This document shows positions 1 to 9,158 of a stretch of DNA of 53,478 bases, piece after piece. The number at the start of each line of letters is the position of its first letter. The stretch's first letter is position 1. The translations under genes were made by a program, and so were the position numbers. The notes below the pieces were generated by a model. The model was not told the DNA's origin. It searched no databases and was given only the letters and a program-made list of their open reading frames with translations. Source of the stretch: Minisyncoccota bacterium (lineage in GTDB: Bacteria > Patescibacteriota > Minisyncoccia > Phycocordibacterales > UBA9973); assembly GCA_041659785.1 (NCBI GenBank), contig JBAZXO010000002.1, positions 1 through 53,478 on the forward strand, in the 5' to 3' direction.

Positions 1-84
1 ATGGAAGTTCTAGGATTTTAAAAGTGGATTTTTAAATTTAAAATTGCTAATCTAAAAATATCCCACGTTTTAAGCGGGGCAAAG

Positions 85-156
85 CCTCTCGTCGTTCAAT
101 GGATAGGACGTAACTTTGCGGAAGTTATGATGTAGGTTCGATTCCTACCGAGAGGA
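85..156 (+). tRNA. tRNA-Arg (anticodon GCG)
   Basis: Cloverleaf read by hand: acceptor CCTCTCG/CGAGAGG, D stem GTTC/GGAC, anticodon stem TAACT/AGTTA with loop TT-GCG-GA, T arm GTAGG-TTCGATT-CCTAC; CCA not encoded. Confidence 0.93.
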
Positions 157-212
157 CAAGAAAAAATAAAATAAATCTATTTATACAAAACATAACTCTC
201 TTTATAATGTAT

Positions 213-241
213 TTGACATTTTTACCTAGTCATGATACAAT
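213..241 (+). promoter_or_regulatory. sigma70 promoter of collagen-like gene
   Basis: TTGACA (213-218), 17-nt spacer, TG-A-TACAAT (233-241); inverted repeat ACCTAG/CTAGGT (224-229, 243-248) straddles the -10. Confidence 0.7.
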
Positions 242-342
242 GCTAGGTGAATAAAGTTGTTGGGGATGCACCCCAAAACCGGGGATTTCCCCCACAGTTC
301 ATCCAATTTTCATAGCCCCAAGAAGGGGCACAAGGAGAAATC

Positions 343-996
343 ATGAAAAACCTACTGAAAGCATTCACGATTTTCGTGATGTTGCTCTTCGGTCTCTGCT
401 CGCCCCTCGGCGCGCAAACAGCGCCCGCTCTTTTCGAAAACAAAGAGCAAGCTGAAGTGGCCTTCAACACTGGTGCGTATACGATGTACGTACCTCAACA
501 AAGGGCTGCCCATCCAGTAAGTGGGCAAGAGAGAATGACGGAAACAGTTATTTTCGCAGAACTGTTAACCCCCCACGGGTGGATGTGGACCATCTACCCT
601 ATCAAATCTCGCTTGCTCTTCAACGAAATGAGTGAGCCTTCCGGAGACGCGAGGTGCCGGAACCCAATCCGCAGGTGGGCATATCCATCGGCACCCAAAG
701 CCACCCCGATCACGGCTCAGGTAACTGTAGGTCCTCAAGGGCCTCCGGGACCACAAGGACCCCCGGGACCTTCGGGGTACACCCCTATCAAAGGAATCGA
801 TTACTTCGATGGTCGGGACTTCTCAGATCGCGATCGCAAACCCAACATCCCAGTAGTCAACAAGACTTCATGGATGCGAAGGCACCCCGTGGCTTCTGTT
901 TTCATCGGGATAGCTGGAGCAGCATTAATCGGCTCTGCTTTATCTGGTGGGCACAAAGGTTCATCCGGCCCCAAGGGCGCAGGGGACAATCTTTAA
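343..996 (+). CDS. Exported protein with short collagen-like Gly-X-Y tract
   Basis: Signal peptide; GPQGPPGPQGPPGPSG followed by YTPIKGIDYFDG; hydrophobic segment near C-terminus; AGGAG SD upstream; visibly GC-richer than flanks. Confidence 0.7.
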   Translation: MKNLLKAFTIFVMLLFGLCSPLGAQTAPALFENKEQAEVAFNTGAYTMYVPQQRAAHPVSGQERMTETVIFAELLTPHGWMWTIYPIKSRLLFNEMSEPSGDARCRNPIRRWAYPSAPKATPITAQVTVGPQGPPGPQGPPGPSGYTPIKGIDYFDGRDFSDRDRKPNIPVVNKTSWMRRHPVASVFIGIAGAALIGSALSGGHKGSSGPKGAGDNL

Positions 997-1145
997 CAGT
1001 CCCATCTATCAGCCGCAGGAGCAAAGTTAACCAAAAGTTAACCTTGCTCCTGCACTCTTCAAAGTTATGAAAATAATTTCATAATTCCGAAGAGTGAAAA
1101 TGTCGAATTTTTATTCCAAAAAAATTAATAAAATAAATTATAATT

Positions 1146-4100
1146 ATGAATACAAAAATAAAATTATCAATGAAATTGTTTATGTTAGGAGTAGTCACAC
1201 TACTTGGCATTTTTGCTGTAGCTACACCAGCATCAGCAACATCAAATATAACTTGTAATAGTGCGACAATCAGTGCTTGGGTTGATCCAATGGGAGTCAC
1301 AACCACTGCTTGGTTTGTGTGGGGTACGACTACTTCATTCGGACAACAATCACAACCACAAGACTATAACTCATACCAAAGCTTCAGTTATAATTTGACT
1401 GGTCTTAGCCCAAATACAACATATTATTGGAATTCAAAATTCCACAACAACTCAAGAGGATATTGGGATGGAACATCTATTCAATCTTTTACTACTCTTT
1501 CTTGCACCCCACCACCACCTACTATTTTCACTGTTACAGCAATTGCTGGTACGGGTGGATCAATTAATCCCCCATCACAGACAGTCACTTCAGGCTACAC
1601 TGCAAACGTTTATGTAACTGCAAATCAAGGATACACAATAAATCAAGTTACTGGCTGTGGTGTTTTCTATAATGGAGGAAGTACGTATACTACAGGTGCA
1701 ATACATTCAGACTGTACGATCAATGCTAGTTTTACCCAAAATGCTCCTACTACTTACACCGTCACAGCTACTGCTGGACAAGGTGGATCAATCACCCCTT
1801 CAGGAAATCAGCAAGTAAACGCAGGGAATACAACCAGCTTCACAGTAACTCCAAATTCTGGATACACTGGATCAGTTTCTGGTTGTAATGGTAGTCAGTT
1901 GAATAATATTACTTCTGCTACTACATACACTACTGGTACAATAAATTCTGCTTGTACTGTATACGCTAGCTTTACACAAAATGCTCCTAATCCAGCAACG
2001 GGAAGTCTAACTATCTCACCATCAAGTTGTATTATCGCTTCAGGTGCAAGTACTTGTACTGTTACGGGCGCAACCTGGACAACAACAAATGCTACAAATC
2101 CTGCATTAATAGATGGAAACACGGGAGCTACTCTTTCTACTGCTGCAAATAACACAAACCCTCTTTTAGTATATGTTGGATATCCATATACAATATTTAA
2201 TCTAAAAAATGGATCAACCATTCTAGACACAAAATCAGCTATTTCGTCATGCGCAAACGGATCTTCTTGGAACGGTTCAATCTGTGCGTCCAATGCACCC
2301 AACCAATACACCGTCACAGCTACTGCTGGACAAGGTGGATCAATCACCCCTTCAGGAAATCAGCAAGTAAACGCAGGGAATACAACCAGCTTCACGGTAA
2401 CTCCAAATTCTGGATACACTGGATCAGTTTCTGGTTGTAATGGTAGTCAGTTGAATAATATTACTTCTGCTACTACATACACTACTGGTACAATAAATTC
2501 TGCTTGTACTGTATACGCTAGCTTTACACAAAATGCTCCTAATCCTACTAATCCTGCTGTTCAATTGACTGCAGACAATCAAAATGTAACTTATAACGGA
2601 AGCACTGTTCTCCGTTGGAATGCAACTAATGCGACTTCTTGTATTGGAAGTGGTAATTCTAGTTACTGGTCTGGAAGTGTAGGTCTTTCGGGACCATGGA
2701 ATACTGGATCTTTAACTAACACAACTACTTTCAACATAACTTGTTATGGTGCCAATGGAACAACACCAGCCTTCAGCACAGTAACTGTTACTGTAAACCA
2801 AAACCAAACTTGTCAGGATCCTAATGCTATTAACTACGGTGGATCACTGCCTTGTAGATACCAAACACAAGGACCAACTGTCACCATATACGCAAACCCA
2901 TCTTCTATAAATTATAATGGAACTTCTTTGGTTATTTGGAATTCAAATGGTGCAACCTCTTGTACTGCAAACGGTGGAACAAACGGTTGGTCAGGAAACC
3001 AAAGTACGTCTGGAAGCTTCTACACGAACACTCTAACCAATACAACAACTTACGGTATTACCTGTACGAACAATACTGGTCAGCAAGCAAACGCCTCTAC
3101 TACAATTTATGTAAACAATCAGACCCAATACCCAACAGTTAACATTTATGCTAGCCCTGCTTCTGTTTCTTACAATGGAACTTCTTTAATCACTTGGAAT
3201 TCAAATAACGCAACATCCTGTAATGGTACAAGTGGCACCAATGGATGGGCAGGAAATAGAAGTACATCTGGAAGCTTCTACACCGGCAATCTAACTTACG
3301 CAACAAATTACGGCATTACTTGTACAAGCAATACAGGTCAGCAAGCAAGTAGTTCAACCACAGTATATGTAGATAACCAGCAAGTTGTTAATAATCAACC
3401 TACAGTAGTAGTTTATTCAGATCAAACAAATGTAGATTTTAATGGAGCTGCTACTGTTCGTTGGATTACTACAAATGCAACTTCATGTAATGCTTCAGGC
3501 GGATCCGTCGGCTGGGCAGGAGCAAAGAGTATCGGACCAGGTTCTTTCTACACTGGAAGCCTTACTTCAAGCAAAACTTATGAAATAACTTGTAGCAATG
3601 CTTTCGGATCTGCAAGTGATAGCCAAACTATCACTGTTCGAGGACAAATAAACAGAAATCCTATTACCCCATCTTCTCTCGTCTTAATAACCTCCTCTGT
3701 TGACCGCAACCAACCAATCGTTCCTACGATTGATAACACCATGCCAAAACCTGGTGATGAAATAAACTACACTGTTAGCTATCAAAATATTGGTAACGCT
3801 TCAATCACTGGTCTTACTTTACAAATGAATCTTCCACTTGAAGTAGATTACCTGTTCTCAAACCCAAGCAATCCCTCAATCTCTGGAAATACTTTATACT
3901 TTAATCTCGGAAGTCTTCGAGCAAATGGTAAAGGAGTAGTCACTGTCAGAGTCCGAGTCCGAGACAACATTAAGGCTGGAACAGCTTTAAACTTCCCTGC
4001 AACTTTGAGTTACATTGATCCTTCTGGTCAACCTCAATCAGTCAGCGCAAATGTCTCCGCCCAAGTTTGGAAAGATGGAACAGGAATTAATTTCCTCGGA

Positions 4101-4283
4101 GCAAATGTCTTCGGAGCTGGTTTCCTTCCAACAAATTTATTCGGATGGCTTCTATTGCTTATCCTTATACTTATATTGGTATTTCTAGCTAAATACCTTT
4201 ATGATCAATCTTTCCAAAAGAAAACTACAACTGTAGTTGATCAACCCTCTGGCAAAAAGACCACGACTACTACGTTACAATAA
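1146..4283 (+). CDS. Large membrane-anchored surface protein (Fn3-like, InlB-B-like repeats, Ig/PKD-like repeats, DUF11-like domain, C-terminal TM)
   Basis: 1045 aa; signal peptide; T/S/N/G-rich beta repeats with paired Cys; LTGLSPNTTYY Fn3-like motif; PGDEINYTVSYQNIG DUF11-like motif; C-terminal hydrophobic helix plus basic tail. Confidence 0.85.
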   Translation: MNTKIKLSMKLFMLGVVTLLGIFAVATPASATSNITCNSATISAWVDPMGVTTTAWFVWGTTTSFGQQSQPQDYNSYQSFSYNLTGLSPNTTYYWNSKFHNNSRGYWDGTSIQSFTTLSCTPPPPTIFTVTAIAGTGGSINPPSQTVTSGYTANVYVTANQGYTINQVTGCGVFYNGGSTYTTGAIHSDCTINASFTQNAPTTYTVTATAGQGGSITPSGNQQVNAGNTTSFTVTPNSGYTGSVSGCNGSQLNNITSATTYTTGTINSACTVYASFTQNAPNPATGSLTISPSSCIIASGASTCTVTGATWTTTNATNPALIDGNTGATLSTAANNTNPLLVYVGYPYTIFNLKNGSTILDTKSAISSCANGSSWNGSICASNAPNQYTVTATAGQGGSITPSGNQQVNAGNTTSFTVTPNSGYTGSVSGCNGSQLNNITSATTYTTGTINSACTVYASFTQNAPNPTNPAVQLTADNQNVTYNGSTVLRWNATNATSCIGSGNSSYWSGSVGLSGPWNTGSLTNTTTFNITCYGANGTTPAFSTVTVTVNQNQTCQDPNAINYGGSLPCRYQTQGPTVTIYANPSSINYNGTSLVIWNSNGATSCTANGGTNGWSGNQSTSGSFYTNTLTNTTTYGITCTNNTGQQANASTTIYVNNQTQYPTVNIYASPASVSYNGTSLITWNSNNATSCNGTSGTNGWAGNRSTSGSFYTGNLTYATNYGITCTSNTGQQASSSTTVYVDNQQVVNNQPTVVVYSDQTNVDFNGAATVRWITTNATSCNASGGSVGWAGAKSIGPGSFYTGSLTSSKTYEITCSNAFGSASDSQTITVRGQINRNPITPSSLVLITSSVDRNQPIVPTIDNTMPKPGDEINYTVSYQNIGNASITGLTLQMNLPLEVDYLFSNPSNPSISGNTLYFNLGSLRANGKGVVTVRVRVRDNIKAGTALNFPATLSYIDPSGQPQSVSANVSAQVWKDGTGINFLGANVFGAGFLPTNLFGWLLLLILILILVFLAKYLYDQSFQKKTTTVVDQPSGKKTTTTTLQ
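1755..1993 (+). repeat. Intragenic 239-bp direct repeat, copy 1
   Basis: Matches 2307-2545 (offset 552 nt); only one synonymous difference seen (ACA vs ACG). Confidence 0.92.
2307..2545 (+). repeat. Intragenic 239-bp direct repeat, copy 2
   Basis: Matches 1755-1993. Confidence 0.92.
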
Positions 4284-4292
4284 AAAGACACA

Positions 4293-4325
4293 ATAAAAAC
4301 AGCACATAAAATGTGCTGTTTTTAT
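4293..4325. terminator. Intrinsic terminator hairpin
   Basis: ATAAAAACAGCACAT-aaa-ATGTGCTGTTTTTAT directly after the surface-protein stop. Confidence 0.75.
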
Positions 4326-4339
4326 GTTATATTTAAAAC

Positions 4340-5050
4340 ATGTTATACCCAATAAGGATAAACAAATATTTAGCTGATAAGAAAATCTCTACCAGGCGAG
4401 GCGCAGACGAGCTCATAAAAATGAAGAAGGTCTTTATTAACGGGAAATTGGCTGTATTGGGTAGTCAGGTAAATGAGAATGATAAAGTCGAAGTAAAAGG
4501 TGCAAAGGCAAAAGAGTATGTATATTTCGCTTATAACAAACCTATCGATGTCATTACCCATTCTCCCCAGGGTAAAGAAAAAGACATAAAGGAAGAAATA
4601 AAAAATAAAAACATTCCAAAAGATGTCTTCCCTATTGGTAGGCTGGATAAAAATTCTCATGGGCTACTCATCCTCACAAATGATGGACGTATCACAGACT
4701 CTCTCTTAAATCCAAAATATTTTCATGAGAAAGAATACATAGTCAGAACAAAAGAAAAACTTCGCTCAAATTTCAAAGAAAAAATGGAAGCGGGAGTAAA
4801 TATTGAAGGATACAAGACCAAACCATGTAAAGTTAAAATCTTGAGTCCTTCTTCTTTTAAGATAATCTTGACCGAGGGTAAGAAACATCAAATCCGCCGA
4901 ATGTGTTCTGCTCTTTTTCAAGAAGTCGCAGACCTTAAACGCGAAAGATTTATGAATATAACATTGGGCACTCTAAAGCCTAATGCTTTTCGCCCTATAG
5001 TAGGTAAAGAATTAGCTACTTTTCTAGATCCAATACTTCATCAATCCTAA
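4340..5050 (+). CDS. rRNA pseudouridine synthase, RsuA/RluB/RluF family with S4 domain
   Basis: RINKYLA...STRRGADELI S4 domain; PIGRLDKNSHGLLILTNDG catalytic motif; EGKKHQIRRM. Confidence 0.92.
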   Translation: MLYPIRINKYLADKKISTRRGADELIKMKKVFINGKLAVLGSQVNENDKVEVKGAKAKEYVYFAYNKPIDVITHSPQGKEKDIKEEIKNKNIPKDVFPIGRLDKNSHGLLILTNDGRITDSLLNPKYFHEKEYIVRTKEKLRSNFKEKMEAGVNIEGYKTKPCKVKILSPSSFKIILTEGKKHQIRRMCSALFQEVADLKRERFMNITLGTLKPNAFRPIVGKELATFLDPILHQS

Positions 5051-6512
5051 TTTGTTTTATAAATTCTGGTACGTGAGAAACGATAATCATAGCACCAGCG
5101 TATTTATGGAGCGCTTCGGCAATGACTGGCAAGTGACGGAAATTTATATGGTTCGTTGGTTCATCTAATATTAGAAGTCCGGGCTTTTGTAGAACCAATC
5201 TAGCAAAAGCGACGAGCCCTTTCTGCCCCTCAGACAAGTCCCCTATTTTCGTACGAATAAATTCTCCAGTAATTAAAAATCCGGCTGCGACAGAACGCAT
5301 ACGCTCTTCATCTAATTTTTCTCCACCTTCACGCATAGCATCTGCTAGAGAATTATAAACAGTGTCATTAAAATCAAGTGTAGAGAAATCTTGTCTATAA
5401 TATCCAATACGTATCCCCTCTCTCACCTTTTCTCCATCTGCGTGGCCACTAGCGAGCCTCTCAAGCAAGGTCGTCTTGCCGATACCATTTGGCCCCTGTA
5501 AAAGTAAATGTTTATTTTTATTTAAGGAAACGTGAGCTTTGTGTTTTACTATTTTTCCATTTTTCATCGTGGTGAAAGAAGAAATGTTCAAAATTTCACC
5601 AATCAAGTCCGGTTGCGAAGGAATAATAAAAGGCCTGATGGCTTTGTCTTCTTTTCGCACATCCACTATCTCCTCTTCAAGCTCTTCTGCTTTTTCTCGC
5701 ATTCTTTTCGCTACTAAACGTAGTCTACCTCCTTTATATGCGAAGACATTAGCCTGATCTTTCTTAGCCTGAATTTCTTTTTGCAACTGGGCATTTTTCA
5801 TATTTTCTTTTTCGACACGAGCAGCGATATCTTTCACTACATCAAAATAGTTTCCAACATATTGTTCAATTTTCTTTGTATACACGTCGAGGTAAAGGAC
5901 GCCCTGCGTAAAAGCATTTAAAAATTCTGCATCGTGTGAAATAACTAAAACTGTTTTTGGATAATTTACTAAAAAATTTGTCAGATGAGCAATACCTGCT
6001 TTATCTAAATTATTTGTCGGCTCATCCAAAAGAAGTAAATCTGGATTTTGAATAATTGCAGAAGCAAGTAGTAAGCGTGCTTGCTGTCCACCAGAAAAGG
6101 TTCTAACTATCCTATCATGCACCTTGGTGTGCCCTTTTAAATTTACTACTTCTAAAACATCATCAATCTTTGGATCAATGTCATAAACTTTTTCCTTAAA
6201 ACTCTTTTCAAAAAATTCTCTTACAGTTAAATCTAGTTGATCACGAGGAATTACTTGTAATGCCGAAGCGATACTCACTCCTTTTACTATGTTTATAGTT
6301 CCAGATTCAGGAGTATAAACACCAGAGATAAGCCCGAAAATAGTACTCTTCCCTGCGCCATTTTGCCCCATTAAAGTGAACTTCGTACCCCTTCTGATGG
6401 TAAAACTGACCTCATCTAAAATAGGCTTATTCACGCCCCATTCGAATGAGACATTTTCAAATCTAGCTATTGTTTCTTGGGTTTTTCCTGTTTCTTTGGT
6501 TTCGAAGGCCAT
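5016..6512 (-). CDS. ABC-F family translation-associated ATPase
   Basis: Two ABC cassettes (GQNGAGKS, FSGGQ, LLLDEPTNNLD; GPNGIGKT, LSEGQ, LILDEPTNH), linker, no TM segments. Confidence 0.92.
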   Translation of the reverse strand: MAFETKETGKTQETIARFENVSFEWGVNKPILDEVSFTIRRGTKFTLMGQNGAGKSTIFGLISGVYTPESGTINIVKGVSIASALQVIPRDQLDLTVREFFEKSFKEKVYDIDPKIDDVLEVVNLKGHTKVHDRIVRTFSGGQQARLLLASAIIQNPDLLLLDEPTNNLDKAGIAHLTNFLVNYPKTVLVISHDAEFLNAFTQGVLYLDVYTKKIEQYVGNYFDVVKDIAARVEKENMKNAQLQKEIQAKKDQANVFAYKGGRLRLVAKRMREKAEELEEEIVDVRKEDKAIRPFIIPSQPDLIGEILNISSFTTMKNGKIVKHKAHVSLNKNKHLLLQGPNGIGKTTLLERLASGHADGEKVREGIRIGYYRQDFSTLDFNDTVYNSLADAMREGGEKLDEERMRSVAAGFLITGEFIRTKIGDLSEGQKGLVAFARLVLQKPGLLILDEPTNHINFRHLPVIAEALHKYAGAMIIVSHVPEFIKQIRIDEVLDLEK

Positions 6513-6584
6513 TTATACACACTAGCTTATTTGGACCAAAATAGAAAGCTGGGTTGACCCCGTCGCTCGCGAGCGAAAACAGGG

Positions 6585-6614
6585 TTGACAAAGTGGGTAA
6601 TTTTATGATATACT
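6585..6614 (+). promoter_or_regulatory. sigma70 promoter of cold-shock gene
   Basis: TTGACA (6585-6590), 18-nt spacer, TG-A-TATACT (6606-6614); gives a ~70-nt leader typical of csp genes. Confidence 0.7.
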
Positions 6615-6693
6615 TGTTGTACAAAGTAGGTGCGAAAAGAGTCGATTTCTAGGGTTATCTATTTGTAATTTAACAACTTAAACAAAAAAATCA

Positions 6694-6891
6694 ATGACTG
6701 GTACAATAAAAAGACTCACTGATAAAGGTTTCGGCTTTATAACAGCAGAAGGACTACAGAAGGATTTATTCTTCCACAGTAACTCTCTTGTTGGCGTAAC
6801 TTTTGACGAGTTAAAAGAAGGTGATACTGTTTCTTTCGAAACTGAGGAATCACCAAAAGGATTGAATGCTACAAACGTACAACGCGCGTAA
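6694..6891 (+). CDS. csp: Cold-shock protein (CSD)
   Basis: RNP1 KGFGFI, RNP2 LFFH, GLNATNV. Confidence 0.96.
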   Translation: MTGTIKRLTDKGFGFITAEGLQKDLFFHSNSLVGVTFDELKEGDTVSFETEESPKGLNATNVQRA

Positions 6892-6900
6892 TATTCTCTA

Positions 6901-6932
6901 AATAAAAAAGCCCCTTACGGGGCTTTTTTATT
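6901..6932. terminator. Bidirectional intrinsic terminator
   Basis: AATAAAAAAGCCCC-ttac-GGGGCTTTTTTATT between convergent genes. Confidence 0.85.
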
Positions 6933-6943
6933 TTGTATATTTT

Positions 6944-7207
6944 TTATTTATCTTGCGCCCAAGCCTTTAAATTTTCGTAACTATCCGAACCACAAATCCA
7001 TTTGGTAGTTTTCGTATTATAGAAAAAAGGTACTCCCCCACAAAGATCTTTGTCCAACTCTAGTAAACGCTTTTCATTTTCTTTATTGTGCCAGACTTCA
7101 ATGGCTTCAACCTTAATTCCTTCTTCTTTTTCTAATTTATCCACGAGTACATGCATGTCCACGCAATGAGGGCATTCGGTTCCATAAAATTCAAGTAAAT
7201 GATTCAT
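6944..7207 (-). CDS. Thioredoxin/glutaredoxin-like protein
   Basis: CPHC redox motif, GGVPFF cis-Pro motif. Confidence 0.8.
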   Translation of the reverse strand: MNHLLEFYGTECPHCVDMHVLVDKLEKEEGIKVEAIEVWHNKENEKRLLELDKDLCGGVPFFYNTKTTKWICGSDSYENLKAWAQDK

Positions 7208-7325
7208 AAAAAAATATTAATAATAAAGGATTATGTTTTTAAGGGGGTTTTGCGAGCGACGGCGAGCAAACTTCAGAATTTTTTAAGCTTCAAAAAATTT
7301 GTACCCTAAAAAATATAACCCTTTA

Positions 7326-7577
7326 TTATTTGACTAACTTTGATAAGCGAGATTTCTTGCGAGCAGCGTTATTTTTCTTAATAACACCTTTTTGGGCAGA
7401 TTTATCTATAGCTTGAAAAGCATCAGAAAGCATCTTGGCAGCTGCGACCTTATCGGTTTTAGCGATTTTCTCAATTTTTTTGGTTATCTCTTTCATTACC
7501 TTCTTGCGTTGGTCATTAAAAGCCTTCTTGCGAAGTGAACCTCGTATAGCTTTTTTAGCTGATTGTGTTATTGGCAT
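7326..7577 (-). CDS. rpsT: 30S ribosomal protein S20
   Basis: MPITQSAKKAIR...KNNAARKKSRL; start moved to ATG at 7577. Confidence 0.95.
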   Translation of the reverse strand: MPITQSAKKAIRGSLRKKAFNDQRKKVMKEITKKIEKIAKTDKVAAAKMLSDAFQAIDKSAQKGVIKKNNAARKKSRLSKLVK

Positions 7578-7649
7578 ATAAATAACATAACAGAAAAACA
7601 CGAAAAATGCAAACCCGCCATGCTGAAATAAATATGATATGATTAACAC

Positions 7650-8228
7650 ATGATTGGAAGCATAAAGGGAAAAATTCAACTAAAAACAGAGAAATTTATA
7701 ATAGTAGAAACGGGTGGAGTTGGATATAAAATCAACATATCCCCTGACACATTGTCTAAAACAAAAAAAGTAGATGACGAAATATTTCTTTGGATTCATA
7801 CTCATGTACGTGAAGATGCATTAGATTTATACGGATTTTTAGATCGAGGGGAATTAGAGTTTTTTGAAATGCTTATAAATGTATCTGGGATTGGACCAAG
7901 ATCTGCACTCGCTATCTTGGGAATTGCCTCTATTGAGACACTCCGAAAAGCTATCGGCACAGGAGACACTAGCTACCTCACGAAAATATCTGGCATAGGC
8001 AGAAAAACAGCAGAAAAAATTGTAATCGAACTACGAGACAAGGTGGCAGATAAAAATATAAATGAAAAGGGAGGGAATTCACTCAAGGACGAACTGGATG
8101 CGCTCGAAGCGCTTAAGTCTCTCGGCTATTCTCAAAACGAAGCTCGCGACGCACTCAAAAAAGTCTCCCCAGATACAAATACAAATACAAAAATACGTGA
8201 GGCATTAAAGATTCTAGGAGGAAAATAA
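7650..8228 (+). CDS. ruvA: Holliday junction branch-migration protein RuvA
   Basis: VGY..I, HVRED..LYGF, VSGIGPRSAL HhH, C-terminal ALKSLGY domain. Confidence 0.96.
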   Translation: MIGSIKGKIQLKTEKFIIVETGGVGYKINISPDTLSKTKKVDDEIFLWIHTHVREDALDLYGFLDRGELEFFEMLINVSGIGPRSALAILGIASIETLRKAIGTGDTSYLTKISGIGRKTAEKIVIELRDKVADKNINEKGGNSLKDELDALEALKSLGYSQNEARDALKKVSPDTNTNTKIREALKILGGK

Positions 8229-8231
8229 AAT

Positions 8232-8293
8232 TCACCTCTCCCCTTCGCCCCTCTCCATAATTTTAGAATTATGGAGAGGGGTTGGGGGTGAGG
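8232..8293. repeat. Palindromic mini-element, CCCCTCTCC/GGAGAGGGG family
   Basis: 15-bp stem CCCCTCTCCATAATT/AATTATGGAGAGGGG with C-rich and G-rich flanks; overlaps the amidase 3' end. Confidence 0.8.
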
Positions 8294-9144
8294 ATATTTT
8301 TTTTAGTTGGGAAAAAGTAATTTTTTATCCCTATCGTGGTAAGACTAGACATGTTTTTATAAGCGGCAAGACGTGTACTTTTCGTTCTAAATTTTTTTTC
8401 GTAAATATAACCATATTCTATTAAAACTGAACGCACAGAAGCATTGAGCGTGTTATTAGCACCGATCGCAATTAGTTTTTGATCAGGAGTTAAGCCACCA
8501 GCTTCTGGTTTCCATGTACTTGTGATGTATTTTTTATTTAATTGTAAAAAAATATCAGCAGCAAGCTGTCCACTTTCTCTAGAGTTAGCAAACTGTCCAT
8601 CTGGCATATAAATAGTAAAACCTTTATATTGTCCAACTGTCCAACTCTTGGGCCGTGGATAATCATTAAAGTGAATATGCACCATTGCGTCTATTTTGTT
8701 TTCATCAGCCCATTTATTAAATCCATACAAACGAAGAGCAATGTCTTCGCTCACACGATGATGAGGAATATTGTCTTTTGGTATAAAATTACCACTAATA
8801 ATATTATTATTCATTATTTTTTTTGCAGCCTGTTCAAAGGCTAAAATAGCATCTTTCTGTGTGAGAAAATCTGCAAATTCTTTTGTATAGCCTTCACTAT
8901 CACGAGTAATATAAACGTCAAACCTTTTATCTTTCTTTAAGAGACCATAAATCTGAGTCGCCACAGCTAAATTCATATCGGCTTCTTTTATGTTCCCATA
9001 TTGTGCTCCCCAAACCTCGTTATCATGTCCTGGTATCAATAAAATCTTAATTATTTTGGCGACACTGGCTTCTACCTTTAAAAGTGGTACAAGGAAAAAT
9101 ATTGGAAGAAAAAAAAGTATTAATAGTGATCTTTTCATTAACAT
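8269..9144 (-). CDS. N-acetylmuramoyl-L-alanine amidase (Amidase_3)
   Basis: Signal/TM; IPGH...E, HIHFN and LIEYGY zinc/catalytic motifs. Confidence 0.85.
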   Translation of the reverse strand: MLMKRSLLILFFLPIFFLVPLLKVEASVAKIIKILLIPGHDNEVWGAQYGNIKEADMNLAVATQIYGLLKKDKRFDVYITRDSEGYTKEFADFLTQKDAILAFEQAAKKIMNNNIISGNFIPKDNIPHHRVSEDIALRLYGFNKWADENKIDAMVHIHFNDYPRPKSWTVGQYKGFTIYMPDGQFANSRESGQLAADIFLQLNKKYITSTWKPEAGGLTPDQKLIAIGANNTLNASVRSVLIEYGYIYEKKFRTKSTRLAAYKNMSSLTTIGIKNYFFPTKKNILTPNPSP

Positions 9145-9158
9145 TGTATGATTATAGC
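9145..9158. promoter_or_regulatory. 14-bp bidirectional leaderless promoter
   Basis: + strand TATGAT 6 nt before mutM ATG; - strand TG-C-TATAAT 6 nt before amidase ATG. Confidence 0.6.

Noticed and set aside
85-1100. Prophage or integrative element at tRNA-Arg
   Set aside because: No integrase, and no second copy of the tRNA 3' end (att site) was found by eye.
5016-5050. 35-nt convergent overlap of the pseudouridine synthase and ABC-F genes as antisense regulation
   Set aside because: Short 3' overlaps are ordinary in compact genomes; nothing further supports a regulatory role.
5016-6512. ABC-F as an antibiotic-resistance factor
   Set aside because: Subfamily cannot be assigned from motifs alone; most ABC-Fs are housekeeping.
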